From contig NZ_JAQYUU010000001.1 in the NCBI RefSeq assembly GCF_028728205.1, positions 1,626,082 through 1,658,081 on the forward strand: a DNA stretch of 32,000 nt, written 5' to 3'. The notes beneath the pieces are model-generated. The model worked only from the letters and a program-made list of their open reading frames with translations. It ran no database searches and was not told where the DNA came from. Shown in pieces: positions 1-8,934 of this stretch; the first letter of the stretch is position 1; every line of letters starts with the position of its first letter. The translations under genes were made by a program, and so were the position numbers. The stretch is from Clostridium sp. 'White wine YQ' (GTDB taxonomy: Bacteria; Bacillota; Clostridia; Clostridiales; Clostridiaceae).

Positions 1-261
1 ATCGAATGGTACTAACGCAACTATAAAAAATATATTATTGGGAGTAAAAATACTCATTATTACCCCACTCACAATAAATACAAGGGCGTTAAATACTGAA
101 AATATTAATTGTAATTTAAAATATTCTTTTGGCTTTATAATCTCCATTTCTTTTCTTTTGATATATCTCTTGAAATAGTAATTAATCTTGCTCTTATTCA
201 ATAATGAGTATATTAAATAGATTACTCCTAAAGCTATCAATAACATACCAGGCCAATTCAA
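1..261 (-). CDS. Hypothetical membrane protein, N-terminal part only (gene runs off the window start)
   Basis: Absent from the ORF track because there is no stop in the window. The minus frame is open from 261 to 1. TTG at 261-259 lies 9 nt after AGGAGGGG (rc of 271-278). The translation LNWPGMLLIALGVIYLIYSLL...FSVFNALVFIVSGVIMSIF contains two hydrophobic helices. Confidence 0.4.
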   Translation of the reverse strand, partial: MNWPGMLLIALGVIYLIYSLLNKSKINYYFKRYIKRKEMEIIKPKEYFKLQLIFSVFNALVFIVSGVIMSIFTPNNIFFIVALVPFD

Positions 262-396
262 TTTAACACGCCCCTCCTAATTATTAAGTGCTTAAAAAAT
301 TCCAATTCCTTACTTAATAATTATAACATTCCATGTGATTAGTGTATACACTGAGTGTTTATTGTGTCCAATAAATCAAAGAAAAAGAGGGATATT

Positions 397-2160
397 TTAA
401 ATACCCCTCTCATCCATATTATATATATCTGAGAACTCAATTCTAATTCTTTCAACACAATTATCTATCATGCTATTAACTTGTTTGTTGCTTTCTTCTC
501 TTGTAATATTGTCAGCTATCCTTATAGGAAGCTTTATTATAAACTTTGTCCCAACCCCATATTTACTTTCAACATCTATATCTCCACTGTGCATTTCTAC
601 AAGAGATTTCACAAGTGATAACCCAATCCCACTCCCTTCATGATTTCTAGCAAAGGACTTATCAACTTGTCTAAATCTATCAAATATTATATTCAACTTT
701 TGTGGAGGAATTCCAATACCTGTATCCTCAACAGTAATAGTTATATACTCTTCTCCATCAAGTATATTTACAAATATCTCTCCTCCTGCTGGAGTAAATT
801 TTACAGCATTGGATAGAAGATTTAAAATTATTCTTTCAATTTTATCTAAATCACAAGCTATCATCTTTTCTTCAACATCAGTATCAAAAGTCAATGATAT
901 ATTATTACTATTTATATACTCAGCTACTGACATAGTGATTTCTTCAACTACATTTATAATATTGCAATTAACCATATTAAGCTCAAAATAACCTGAATCT
1001 AATTTTGTAGAATCAATTAGATTATTTATTAATCTTAAAAGTCTAAAACAGTTTTGCTTTTCTATCTTTAAGTTGTTTAGTACTTTTTCTCTATCTAACG
1101 GCTTGTCTCTATTTTGCATTTCCATTTCAACAATCTGAGTTACCCCAAAAATTATGTTTAATGGTGTTTTTAACTCATGAGAAATATTCCCAAAAAATTC
1201 TGTTCTTAAGTTCTCCAATTCATGCGCTTCCTTTTGTGATGCAAGTTCAGCTAACTTTCTATCTGTAATATCTCTAACTGTGGTTATTATTTCTTCATTT
1301 TCATCAAACTTAATAACACTAGTATTTAATTCTACCCAAAACTCATTTCCATCTTTAGTTGTAAAAATGCACTCAAATACAATAGTGTCATTTTTCCTAG
1401 CTTTTTGAAATGATTGCATTAATTGAATCTTTGTTAGTATTGATTTTTCAGACATAAGGTCATTTATATTCATGTTGATAAGTTCAACATTTGCATATCC
1501 GAACATAGTAGAAGCCGTTTGATTACAATCTATAATTTCTCCATAAAAATCATGAACAAAAATTGCATCGTTTACAGAATTATAAATTGTATATAAATAT
1601 TTTTGATTTTTAGCAAGCTCTCTTTTAGAGAATTCATTTTCAATTCGACTTAGTCCACTTTCTGCTAAGGTATTTACAAGCCCTTGATAATAACCTATTA
1701 TATCTTGTACTTTTTTCTTTGAATACCTAGGCACTCTATCAAGTGCTTCCATATAATCATCTACATCAAATCCAAATTGCAGTGCTTGATTATAGAAGAA
1801 GTCTCTGTCAATTTCCTCATCATCATAAAAGAATTGGCCCATGAAAATTGTAGCCAAATGTTCTCCTGCTATTATAATAGGAACTCCAATATCCCACATA
1901 TTATTTAAGCACTTATACTCAATATATTTTCCCTTTATAAGATTTTCATTAATACTCTTATCACTTAAAGTGCAGCGTTCATTTGTTTCTTGATGTCCTC
2001 TATGAAATTTTGTGCAAATATCTTGCCATCCAATTTTAACATAAATAGTTCCATCAACATCAATAATACCTACAGGAATACCTGAAATGGCGTATAGGCT
2101 TTCGGCCATTTTCTCTAGGGCACTTACATTTACTAATTCCGAAAAATTTAATTTTCCCAT
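397..2160 (-). CDS. Cytoplasmic sensor histidine kinase (PocR-like sensory domain, PAS, HisKA, HATPase_c)
   Basis: N-terminal PocR-type pattern (ISGIPVGIIDVDGTIYVKIGWQDICTKFHRG...ERCTLSD). PAS segment (YTIYNSVNDAIFVHD...RDITDRK). H-box FFGNISHELKTPLN, N-box LLSNAVKFT, G1 EDTGIGI, G2 GSGIGLS. No obvious transmembrane helix. Confidence 0.9.
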   Translation of the reverse strand: MGKLNFSELVNVSALEKMAESLYAISGIPVGIIDVDGTIYVKIGWQDICTKFHRGHQETNERCTLSDKSINENLIKGKYIEYKCLNNMWDIGVPIIIAGEHLATIFMGQFFYDDEEIDRDFFYNQALQFGFDVDDYMEALDRVPRYSKKKVQDIIGYYQGLVNTLAESGLSRIENEFSKRELAKNQKYLYTIYNSVNDAIFVHDFYGEIIDCNQTASTMFGYANVELINMNINDLMSEKSILTKIQLMQSFQKARKNDTIVFECIFTTKDGNEFWVELNTSVIKFDENEEIITTVRDITDRKLAELASQKEAHELENLRTEFFGNISHELKTPLNIIFGVTQIVEMEMQNRDKPLDREKVLNNLKIEKQNCFRLLRLINNLIDSTKLDSGYFELNMVNCNIINVVEEITMSVAEYINSNNISLTFDTDVEEKMIACDLDKIERIILNLLSNAVKFTPAGGEIFVNILDGEEYITITVEDTGIGIPPQKLNIIFDRFRQVDKSFARNHEGSGIGLSLVKSLVEMHSGDIDVESKYGVGTKFIIKLPIRIADNITREESNKQVNSMIDNCVERIRIEFSDIYNMDERGI

Positions 2161-2351
2161 AAAAAAACTCCTTATGTAGTATCTTTTAATTAAACAAATT
2201 TATCTCAGAATATCAATAAAAACTAATGTATCACAAATACTGCATTCTAATGTATTATATCATGTAAATAATACTTGAAAAAGAATAATTTGGGTTATAT
2301 AGAAAATTATTGTCATATTTTATGGTGCTATTAATTACTTTTGGATCTAAT

Positions 2352-2396
2352 GTATTAAAATAAAAAGGTAACTCAAAATAAAATGAGTTACCTTTT
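2352..2396 (-). terminator. Rho-independent terminator after the Rrf2 gene
   Basis: Minus strand: stem AAAAGGTAACTCA / TGAGTTACCTTTT (2363-2396) followed by a T-rich run, immediately after the stop at 2399. Confidence 0.65.
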
Positions 2397-2398
2397 AT

Positions 2399-2953
2399 CT
2401 ATTTTCTTGATTCTGGATTATTAAACCAATCTATTGTTGCTTTTCCTTGATCCTCTGGAAGTATACTAAAAACATGGTCATGTAGCCACCCTATTGTTTT
2501 CCCTTTTAAATATTGTCTCATTTGTTCTTCTGCTTCAAGCATTACAACTTTTATAGTACATGGACATTTTGTATACAGCTCTGGTTTATTATTTTTATCA
2601 AGTAATATACCATTTTGTCTTATTTCTGCACATTGAAATAAAGGTGATGTCCCCTCTACAGCCTCAACAACATCCCAAAAAGTAATTTCCTCTGCCTTAC
2701 GTGCAAGTTCATATCCTCCATTAACCCCAGGAATAGATCTTACAATTCCAGCTTTTCTTAACTTTGTATATACCTTTGATAAATATGTTTCTGAAACCCC
2801 TTGAAAGGTCGCCAAATCTTTAATTCCAACTGATTTACCTGATGGAATGTCTACCATATATAATAAGCAATGTAATGCATATTCTACCCCAATGGAAAAT
2901 TGCAATAAAATCACCATCCTAAAAAAATATAATCTTCCCACATAATACTTCAT
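2399..2953 (-). CDS. Rrf2 family transcriptional regulator (probable true start at 2917 or a nearby TTG)
   Basis: Rrf2 signature: FSIGVEYALHCLLYM and the HTH LATFQGVSETYLSKVYTKLRKAGIVRSIPGVNGGYELAR. Three Cys (C..20..CPC) in the C-terminal half. The first 12 codons of the maximal ORF look like an artefactual extension. Confidence 0.85.
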   Translation of the reverse strand: MKYYVGRLYFFRMVILLQFSIGVEYALHCLLYMVDIPSGKSVGIKDLATFQGVSETYLSKVYTKLRKAGIVRSIPGVNGGYELARKAEEITFWDVVEAVEGTSPLFQCAEIRQNGILLDKNNKPELYTKCPCTIKVVMLEAEEQMRQYLKGKTIGWLHDHVFSILPEDQGKATIDWFNNPESRK

Positions 2954-2998
2954 AAACTTTTTTTAGTCAATATCCCTCTCGTATATCATGGATAATAT

Positions 2999-3075
2999 TT
3001 ATCTATAATATATGTTGACTTTTACAAATTAACCGCATATAATAATTATAGACAACACTTATCTATAATGTATGT
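2999..3075. promoter_or_regulatory. Two 17-bp direct repeats TTATCTATAAT(A/G)TATGT spaced exactly 60 bp apart; candidate Rrf2 operators
   Basis: Copies at 2999-3015 and 3059-3075 match at 16 of 17 positions. They lie in the divergent Rrf2 / PNPOx-like intergenic region and bracket the + strand promoter. Confidence 0.5.
3015..3043 (+). promoter_or_regulatory. Sigma-A type promoter for the 3128 gene
   Basis: TTGACT (3015-3020), 17-nt spacer, TATAAT (3038-3043). Confidence 0.6.
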
Positions 3076-3127
3076 GTTATCCATTAATTTTCTAGTGTTG
3101 TTCAATATATTTTAGGAGGATTTATAA

Positions 3128-3502
3128 ATGCTTACAGAAAAGTTTTATGACGTATTAAAACATGAAGGTGTAGTTTCAATAGTATCTTGGGGGATAGATG
3201 AGCCTCATATTGTTAACACTTGGAACTCATTTATAGTTGTTACAGATGATGAAAGATTATTAATTCCAGCAGCTGGAATGCGTAAAACTGAAAAAAATAT
3301 CAATGAAAATAATAAAGTAAAATTAGCACTAGGTACTAAAGAAGTTTTAGGTTATAAGGATTACCAAGGAACTGGTTTCGTAATAGATGGAACTGCAAAA
3401 TATCTTGAATCAGGATCTGATTTTGACATGATGAAAGAAAAGTTTCCATTCTTAAGTAGAGTTTTAGAAATAACAGTTAGTTCAGCTGTTCAAAAAATCT
3501 AA
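3128..3502 (+). CDS. Pyridoxamine 5'-phosphate oxidase-like (split-barrel FMN-binding) family protein
   Basis: 124 aa. Family pattern recognised by eye (HEGVVSIVSWG...PHIVNTWNSF...LLIPAAGMRKTEKNI). RBS AGGAGGA lies 7 nt upstream. Confidence 0.55.
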   Translation: MLTEKFYDVLKHEGVVSIVSWGIDEPHIVNTWNSFIVVTDDERLLIPAAGMRKTEKNINENNKVKLALGTKEVLGYKDYQGTGFVIDGTAKYLESGSDFDMMKEKFPFLSRVLEITVSSAVQKI

Positions 3503-3540
3503 TAAAATAATATATTTTAAGAGAATTACCCCAATAAAAT

Positions 3541-3590
3541 AGCCTTTGAGATATAGATTCTTCCATATATATCTCAAAGGCTTATATTTT
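3541..3590 (+). terminator. Rho-independent terminator
   Basis: 15-bp perfect stem AGCCTTTGAGATATA (3541-3555) / TATATCTCAAAGGCT (3568-3582), then TATATTTT. Confidence 0.7.
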
Positions 3591-3694
3591 AATATAAATT
3601 ATCCATAATATTATCCTTTCATTTTTTCCTTAAATTTGAATATACATAATATATAAAAAGTAACTTATATATTATAAAAGGAGTTGTTTCATTT

Positions 3695-3907
3695 ATGGAT
3701 AAATTGAATACATTATTGAATGAACTCAGAGAAAAAGAAAATCTATCTTTTACCGATTTAGAGGAATCAACTGGCATATCTGCGACGTATCTGTGGCTTT
3801 TAGAGACAAAGGCTAATAAAATTCCTTCCCCAAGAATTTTGAATACTTTAGCTAATTTTTATAATGTGGATTATACTATTTTTATTAATGCAATAAAGGA
3901 ACGATAA
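3695..3907 (+). CDS. Small XRE-family helix-turn-helix protein
   Basis: 70 aa. HTH LSFTDLEESTGISATYLWLLE. RBS AAAGGAG upstream. Confidence 0.7.
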   Translation: MDKLNTLLNELREKENLSFTDLEESTGISATYLWLLETKANKIPSPRILNTLANFYNVDYTIFINAIKER

Positions 3908-3913
3908 GCAAAA

Positions 3914-3946
3914 AACTAAGAGATATAAGTTCTCTTAGTTTTTTTA
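3914..3946 (+). terminator. Rho-independent terminator
   Basis: Stem AACTAAGAGA (3914-3923) / TCTCTTAGTT (3931-3940) followed by TTTTT. Confidence 0.65.
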
Positions 3947-4042
3947 GTTAAATATTCAAGCATATATTAATTAATTGCTATAAAACTAAAATCGTAATAA
4001 AATAAGTAGAGATTTATTTCTATCGAAGTTTTTAGTTTAGTA

Positions 4043-4987
4043 ATGACGAAAGTGAGTGAAAACATAATGAAATTTCAGCCGAGAACAAAAGGAATTATTC
4101 TTGTAATTATAGGGTCAATGCTATGGGGAGTATCTGGAACTGTTGCGCAGTATTTATTTCAGCAAAAAGGATTTACTCCAGAATGGCTTGTAGTGATTCG
4201 TTTATTGGTTACAGGATTAATTTTATTAGTATATGCTCTCCTAAAAGGTACTGATGATATATGGAAGGTTTGGAAAACTAAACATACAGCATTAACCCTT
4301 TTACTTTTTAGTATATTTGGGATGGTGGCTGTCCAATATACATATTTTGCTGCCATAAAGCATGGAAATGCTGCAACTGCTACTATACTTCAATACCTAT
4401 CTCCAGTTGTAATTGCATGTTATTTATCTATTAGAAGTAAAAAGTTGCCAAGCCTCTATGAAATCATCGCTATTTCATTAGCAATGTTAGGTACTTTTCT
4501 TATAATTACAAAAGGAAATATCCATAACATCTCCATTTCAAAATTAGCATTATTTTGGGGAATCCTTTCAGCTTTTGCTGCAGCTTTCTACACATTACAA
4601 CCTCGTTCTTTACTTGCAAAATATAGTTCTACAATAATAGTTGGATGGGGAATGCTAATTGGTGGAATTGCCTTTAGTTTCGTTAAACAACCATGGGATA
4701 CCTCAGGCACCTTGTCCATTAATTCTATATTAGCTATTATATTTGTTGTTTTATTTGGAACTCTAATTGCTTTCTATTGCTATATGGAAAGCTTAAAGTA
4801 TATAGACCCTACTGAAGCAAGCATATTGTCTTCAGTGGAACCTCTATCAGCTGCCCTTTTATCAGTAGTTTGGTTAAAAGTTTCTTTAGGAATTATAGAA
4901 TGGATAGGTATAATTTGTATTATAGTCACAATTATGATTTTATCATATGCAAAAAACAAACCTAGTAATGCAACTATTAATTCTTAG
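4043..4987 (+). CDS. EamA/DMT superfamily transporter
   Basis: About 10 predicted transmembrane helices in two EamA-like halves (WGVSGTVAQYLF..., ...PTEASILSSVEPLSAALLSVVWL). The start may instead be the internal ATG at 4067. Confidence 0.85.
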   Translation: MTKVSENIMKFQPRTKGIILVIIGSMLWGVSGTVAQYLFQQKGFTPEWLVVIRLLVTGLILLVYALLKGTDDIWKVWKTKHTALTLLLFSIFGMVAVQYTYFAAIKHGNAATATILQYLSPVVIACYLSIRSKKLPSLYEIIAISLAMLGTFLIITKGNIHNISISKLALFWGILSAFAAAFYTLQPRSLLAKYSSTIIVGWGMLIGGIAFSFVKQPWDTSGTLSINSILAIIFVVLFGTLIAFYCYMESLKYIDPTEASILSSVEPLSAALLSVVWLKVSLGIIEWIGIICIIVTIMILSYAKNKPSNATINS

Positions 4988-5026
4988 TCTCGAATCTTAA
5001 TTATGCCAACTAACTAATTAGAAAAA

Positions 5027-5060
5027 GCTGGTTAGTGTGATTAATATCACTCTAACCAGC
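5027..5060. terminator. Hairpin between convergent genes (bidirectional terminator)
   Basis: GCTGGTTAGTGTGA / TCACTCTAACCAGC (one mismatch), flanked by an A-run upstream and a T-run downstream. Confidence 0.55.
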
Positions 5061-5068
5061 CTTAGTTT

Positions 5069-5305
5069 TTATTTAGTATTATATTTATTTATTGCTTTTT
5101 TTCTTAACTTAACACCTAGTGTTTCACTTACGAATCTATCAATAATTTCTTCTTTAGTAGTTTTTCCAGGAATAATATCTATATTATATCTCTTGCATAA
5201 CTTACTTAAGTCTGCCTTATTTATGTCACAAGTTTTTATAAAAGCAATTGCACTTTTCACACTAGGCATAACCATTATACGTTTATATATTTCATCATTT
5301 GTCAT
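5069..5305 (-). CDS. Hypothetical small protein (78 aa), possibly a gene remnant
   Basis: Balanced, charged composition, unlike the overlapping + strand ORF 5037..5318 (Leu/Ile/Phe/Ser-rich). No convincing Shine-Dalgarno sequence upstream. Confidence 0.4.
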   Translation of the reverse strand: MTNDEIYKRIMVMPSVKSAIAFIKTCDINKADLSKLCKRYNIDIIPGKTTKEEIIDRFVSETLGVKLRKKAINKYNTK

Positions 5306-5407
5306 AGATTATATTTAATGGACCATTGTATACTTTTATACCGCTCCACTAAATTTTCACCGCCTTTTCACATATAGTAATGTTTTATAATTTCTTCTTT
5401 ATTATCG

Positions 5408-6328
5408 TTATAGCTTATCATATGAATTGTTTACCTGCAAGTAGTATTCATAACAAACAACTGCTTCAACTTGCTTAAAGCCTTCGTTGATATATAAGGT
5501 CTTTGCCCTTTCATTATCTGCATTTACACAAAGCACTGTCCCCTCAAAATTCTTTTCTTTGGCAAACTTCATTGCAGCTCTAAGTAGTATTCTTCCAAGA
5601 CCTTTCCCTTGATATTCAGGAATCAAAGCAAGTGGCCCTATGTCCATAACTGATACTCCTTCATATATATCATTTCCTCCCCTAACAACTCCAACTGGTC
5701 TATCTTTGTGATATAGTATCATTAAGCCGCCTTCTAAATAAGAACTTCCAGAAGTCATCTCTTTAAGCATTTCTGGATGCATAGGTGTTTCACTTCCTTT
5801 AAGCTTTGAGAATCCACTATTTCTAATCTCACACCAAACTTCTTCATCTATTCCTACTCTAAATGGTCTAATTTCATAGTCTTCTGGTATTATGAAATCT
5901 GGCACTTCCATCTCTTTTCTTACTAGAAAAAATGAATATCTCTGTACAGTAAACTTTAGTTCTTCCATAACTCCTATAAGTTTTTTGTTTATTATAGGTA
6001 CAAAAACAAATACTTTTTCTAAATCTTTTGCCTGTTTTATTACAGCCTCCATAAGCATTTTATAATACTTTAGATCATCTACTTCTGAATGGAATATTCT
6101 AAAAGCTGCTCTTTTTCCCTTTCTATAATAACTAGTAATTACTAAAGAAGCTGTTGCTACTATCTTATTTTCTTCATTTGTAATTATAAAAGTTGGGTTA
6201 TCTTCATTAGGTTTAAATTCCTTTAGGTCTTCATCATATAAAAAAGATTCATCTACTTCATTTTTATGTTTCTTACAATATGCAATAAATTCATCTATTC
6301 TCTCATTACTCAAGTATTCTATTTTCAT
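5408..6328 (-). CDS. Two-domain GNAT family N-acetyltransferase
   Basis: Acetyl-CoA motif QGKGLGRILLRAAMKFA plus NERAKTLYINEGF in the C-terminal half. The N-terminal half is a degenerate GNAT-like domain. Confidence 0.8.
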   Translation of the reverse strand: MKIEYLSNERIDEFIAYCKKHKNEVDESFLYDEDLKEFKPNEDNPTFIITNEENKIVATASLVITSYYRKGKRAAFRIFHSEVDDLKYYKMLMEAVIKQAKDLEKVFVFVPIINKKLIGVMEELKFTVQRYSFFLVRKEMEVPDFIIPEDYEIRPFRVGIDEEVWCEIRNSGFSKLKGSETPMHPEMLKEMTSGSSYLEGGLMILYHKDRPVGVVRGGNDIYEGVSVMDIGPLALIPEYQGKGLGRILLRAAMKFAKEKNFEGTVLCVNADNERAKTLYINEGFKQVEAVVCYEYYLQVNNSYDKL

Positions 6329-6430
6329 ATATCTTCACCATCCGCTACATTAATACTTCATCTTAATTTTAATATTTAAATAAGTCTCCTTACAATAGAA
6401 AAAATATTTCTATATTATTCTTTACATATA

Positions 6431-6469
6431 ATAAAAGGACATCTTGCCTAAAAAATAAGCAAAATGTCC
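6431..6469 (-). terminator. Rho-independent terminator after the pentapeptide-repeat gene
   Basis: Minus strand: GGACATTTTGC / GGCAAGATGTCC stem (one mismatch) followed by TTTTATT. Confidence 0.55.
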
Positions 6470-6481
6470 AATACATTATTT

Positions 6482-7342
6482 CTACCAATGTGAAGGTTTA
6501 GTAAGTAATTTAGGAAGCCTAGTACTACTATCCCCTTTTGCAGCATTTATCTGCCCTTGTGTAAGAAATACACTCTTTGAAAGATTGGTTCCACTAATAT
6601 CAGCATCTCTTAAATCTGCACCAATTAGATCTGCTCCACTTAAATCTACACCTCTAAGATTTGCAGCAATAAGAAACGCTCCGCTTAAATCTTCTCCACG
6701 TAAATCCTTTTTTCTAAGATCTTTACCAACAAGATCTAATCCTCCTCCAAAAATCCTCTTCCCTTTTAAAGGAGTTTTTTTCACTGAATAATATTTTTTC
6801 CTTACTTGTTCACTCACCCTCTTAAGTAATTTATTTACACCAACTCTATACATTACTAAATCTAATTTTAGAAGAGCGTCCGGCTTTAATAAAGTGAGTT
6901 CCTCAGTCTTATCTATTATTGACTTTATCTCGAACTTAAGCTCACTGGATACTTCTTGTGATGATGCTTCTGTTAAATACCATAACATTTCATGTATCTG
7001 CCTCATAATCAAAAAACACTCATACATTTCTTTAGATGATTCAGGATTCTTTCTCCAATCATTTCCCTCATAAGTGACTTGTGCAACCTTTTGACCAGCT
7101 CCAAAACAATCATATGCCATGCATCCCTTTAATCCTTTTTTCTTAAGTTCCTTATGAACTTTACATCGAAAATCTGATTGTAAGTTTATACATGGCTTTC
7201 CTGCATCCTTATTTTCAGGAAACCCTTCGGAAGCTGAAAAATATAGAGCAACGCAGCAAAAACCAAAACATTTCTCACAATCAGCCTTAAGATTTTCATT
7301 ATTCATAACTTCAATTTTTATATTTTCATTATTATTTTTCAT
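6482..7342 (-). CDS. Cys-rich (CxxCxxCC-type) domain fused to a pentapeptide-repeat domain
   Basis: N-terminus CEKCFGFCCVALYF...GKPCINL...FRCKVH...GCMAYDCFGAG. C-terminus contains consecutive A(D/N)LxG-type pentapeptides (GEDLSGAFLIAANLRGVDLSGADLIGADLRDADISGTNLS). Confidence 0.85.
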   Translation of the reverse strand: MKNNNENIKIEVMNNENLKADCEKCFGFCCVALYFSASEGFPENKDAGKPCINLQSDFRCKVHKELKKKGLKGCMAYDCFGAGQKVAQVTYEGNDWRKNPESSKEMYECFLIMRQIHEMLWYLTEASSQEVSSELKFEIKSIIDKTEELTLLKPDALLKLDLVMYRVGVNKLLKRVSEQVRKKYYSVKKTPLKGKRIFGGGLDLVGKDLRKKDLRGEDLSGAFLIAANLRGVDLSGADLIGADLRDADISGTNLSKSVFLTQGQINAAKGDSSTRLPKLLTKPSHW

Positions 7343-7389
7343 TTTAATTACCTCTACTACAATCCCTACAAATATCTATAGTATATCAC

Positions 7390-7421
7390 AAAAAATAAGA
7401 ATCCTCATAACTTGAGGATTC
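7390..7421 (-). terminator. Rho-independent terminator after the MATE gene
   Basis: Minus strand: GAATCCTCA / TGAGGATTC stem (7399-7421) followed by TTATTTTTT. Confidence 0.7.
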
Positions 7422-7447
7422 AACAATAGGATTATAAATATCTTTAA

Positions 7448-8815
7448 TTATTCTTGGATTGCAAAATCTAAATTACCCTCTCTGTCTTTTTTATAAAAAT
7501 ATAAGAATATCCCTAATAAAAATGTAATAAACTCTGCAATAGTCATTGAGAAAATTATTCCGTGAAGTCCAATCAATGAATTTGCAATTATAATTGTTGG
7601 AATAAATAATGTTCCTTGTGAAATAGACATAATAAGTGCCTTTTTGGCTTTTCCTGTTGCTTGAAAATAACTTGTAATTAACCCAGTAAATCCATTAAAT
7701 AAAGTAGATATTAGCATAACACTTAAAATATATATTCCAATTCCTATAAGACTTTTATCTGATGCAAATAATGAGAAAACATCTTTTCTAAAAATATAAA
7801 CTGCTGATGAAAAAACACCTACAATTAATGCAATTGCAATAGCTGTCTGCTTCATTGCACTTTCCAATCGTTTTTTGTTATTAGCTCCAAAGGAATATCC
7901 TATTAAAGGAGTAATGCCCATAAATAATCCCATACATAAAAATTCAGGGAGTTGTACTATACGAAGAGATACTCCAAATGCAGCAATTACGTTATCCCCA
8001 TAACGTACTGCAAAATTATTAAGTAATAATGAGGTAACAATCAAGAAACTCGTCATTAGAAAATCTGAAATTCCAATACTAAAAACCTCTTTTATGATTT
8101 GTTTATCAAAAGAGAAATATTTAAAAGATAAATCTATGTTTTGACTCTTTGTTTGAAGATACCAAATATAATAAATTAAAGAACATAAATTTGATAATGC
8201 AAAGGCTAAAGCAGCCCCGATAACATTAAGATTAAGAACTAAAATTAGAAGTACATCAAATATTAAATTCGCTATAGTCCCTATGATTATCCCATTCATA
8301 GATTCCTTCGCAGCTCCCTCTCCTCTAACAATTTGTTCAAGAGTAAAATTAGCTACTAGAAAAGGTGTTGCTAAAAAAAGAAATGATATATAATTTTTTG
8401 TTGCACTAAATGCTTTTACGTCAGCACCAACAATGCTTGTAATTTGATTTATAAATATCATACATAAAATCGCTACGGATACTCCAAATATCATACTTCC
8501 ATATAGTACAAAAGCAGATACATTTTTAATTTTTTCAGTTTCTTTGGCTCCAAATAATCTTGAAATATAGGTCCCTCCACCTACTCCCCAAATGCTTCCT
8601 AGTGCCATTAACAAAGTCATTACTGGAAGTCCAAAGGTTATAGCTGATAGCATAATTGAATCATGAGTTAGCCCTATAAAAAATGCATTTATAATATTAT
8701 AAATTGCTCCTATAGACATTCCTAGCATCATAGGTATTGATAGGTGCATTATAGCTTTACCCATTGGTGCTTTTTCTAAATAAAATTGATCTGATTTTTC
8801 ATTAATATTTTCCAT
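7448..8815 (-). CDS. MATE family multidrug efflux transporter
   Basis: 455 aa, about 12 transmembrane helices. MatE-like N-terminus (AIMHLSIPMMLGMSIGAIYNIINAFFIG). Confidence 0.9.
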   Translation of the reverse strand: MENINEKSDQFYLEKAPMGKAIMHLSIPMMLGMSIGAIYNIINAFFIGLTHDSIMLSAITFGLPVMTLLMALGSIWGVGGGTYISRLFGAKETEKIKNVSAFVLYGSMIFGVSVAILCMIFINQITSIVGADVKAFSATKNYISFLFLATPFLVANFTLEQIVRGEGAAKESMNGIIIGTIANLIFDVLLILVLNLNVIGAALAFALSNLCSLIYYIWYLQTKSQNIDLSFKYFSFDKQIIKEVFSIGISDFLMTSFLIVTSLLLNNFAVRYGDNVIAAFGVSLRIVQLPEFLCMGLFMGITPLIGYSFGANNKKRLESAMKQTAIAIALIVGVFSSAVYIFRKDVFSLFASDKSLIGIGIYILSVMLISTLFNGFTGLITSYFQATGKAKKALIMSISQGTLFIPTIIIANSLIGLHGIIFSMTIAEFITFLLGIFLYFYKKDREGNLDFAIQE

Positions 8816-8855
8816 TACAAAATACCTCCTGTTTAAACTGTTCGATTGCGAACTA

Positions 8856-8867
8856 TTAGAATTCTAA
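8856..8867. promoter_or_regulatory. Perfect palindrome TTAGAATTCTAA, candidate MarR box upstream of the MATE gene
   Basis: The same 12-mer recurs at 9431-9442 upstream of the adjacent marR gene. Confidence 0.45.
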
Positions 8868-8934
8868 CTATTTGTGTAGCATTTATTAATATAGATATAA
8901 AGCAAATGTACAAAATCTATATTACATATAGTAA

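Noticed and set aside
5037-5318. 93-aa + strand hydrophobic ORF
   Set aside because: It starts inside the terminator hairpin of the EamA gene and has a low-complexity Leu/Ile/Phe/Ser composition. The overlapping minus-strand ORF 5069..5305 has a more protein-like composition, though it is itself only weakly supported.
6585-6791. + strand ORF with a periodic peptide (SAPIRSAPLKSTPLRFAAIRNAPLKSSP)
   Set aside because: The periodicity is the antisense image of the pentapeptide repeats encoded on the minus strand (6482..7342). It is not an independent repeat protein.
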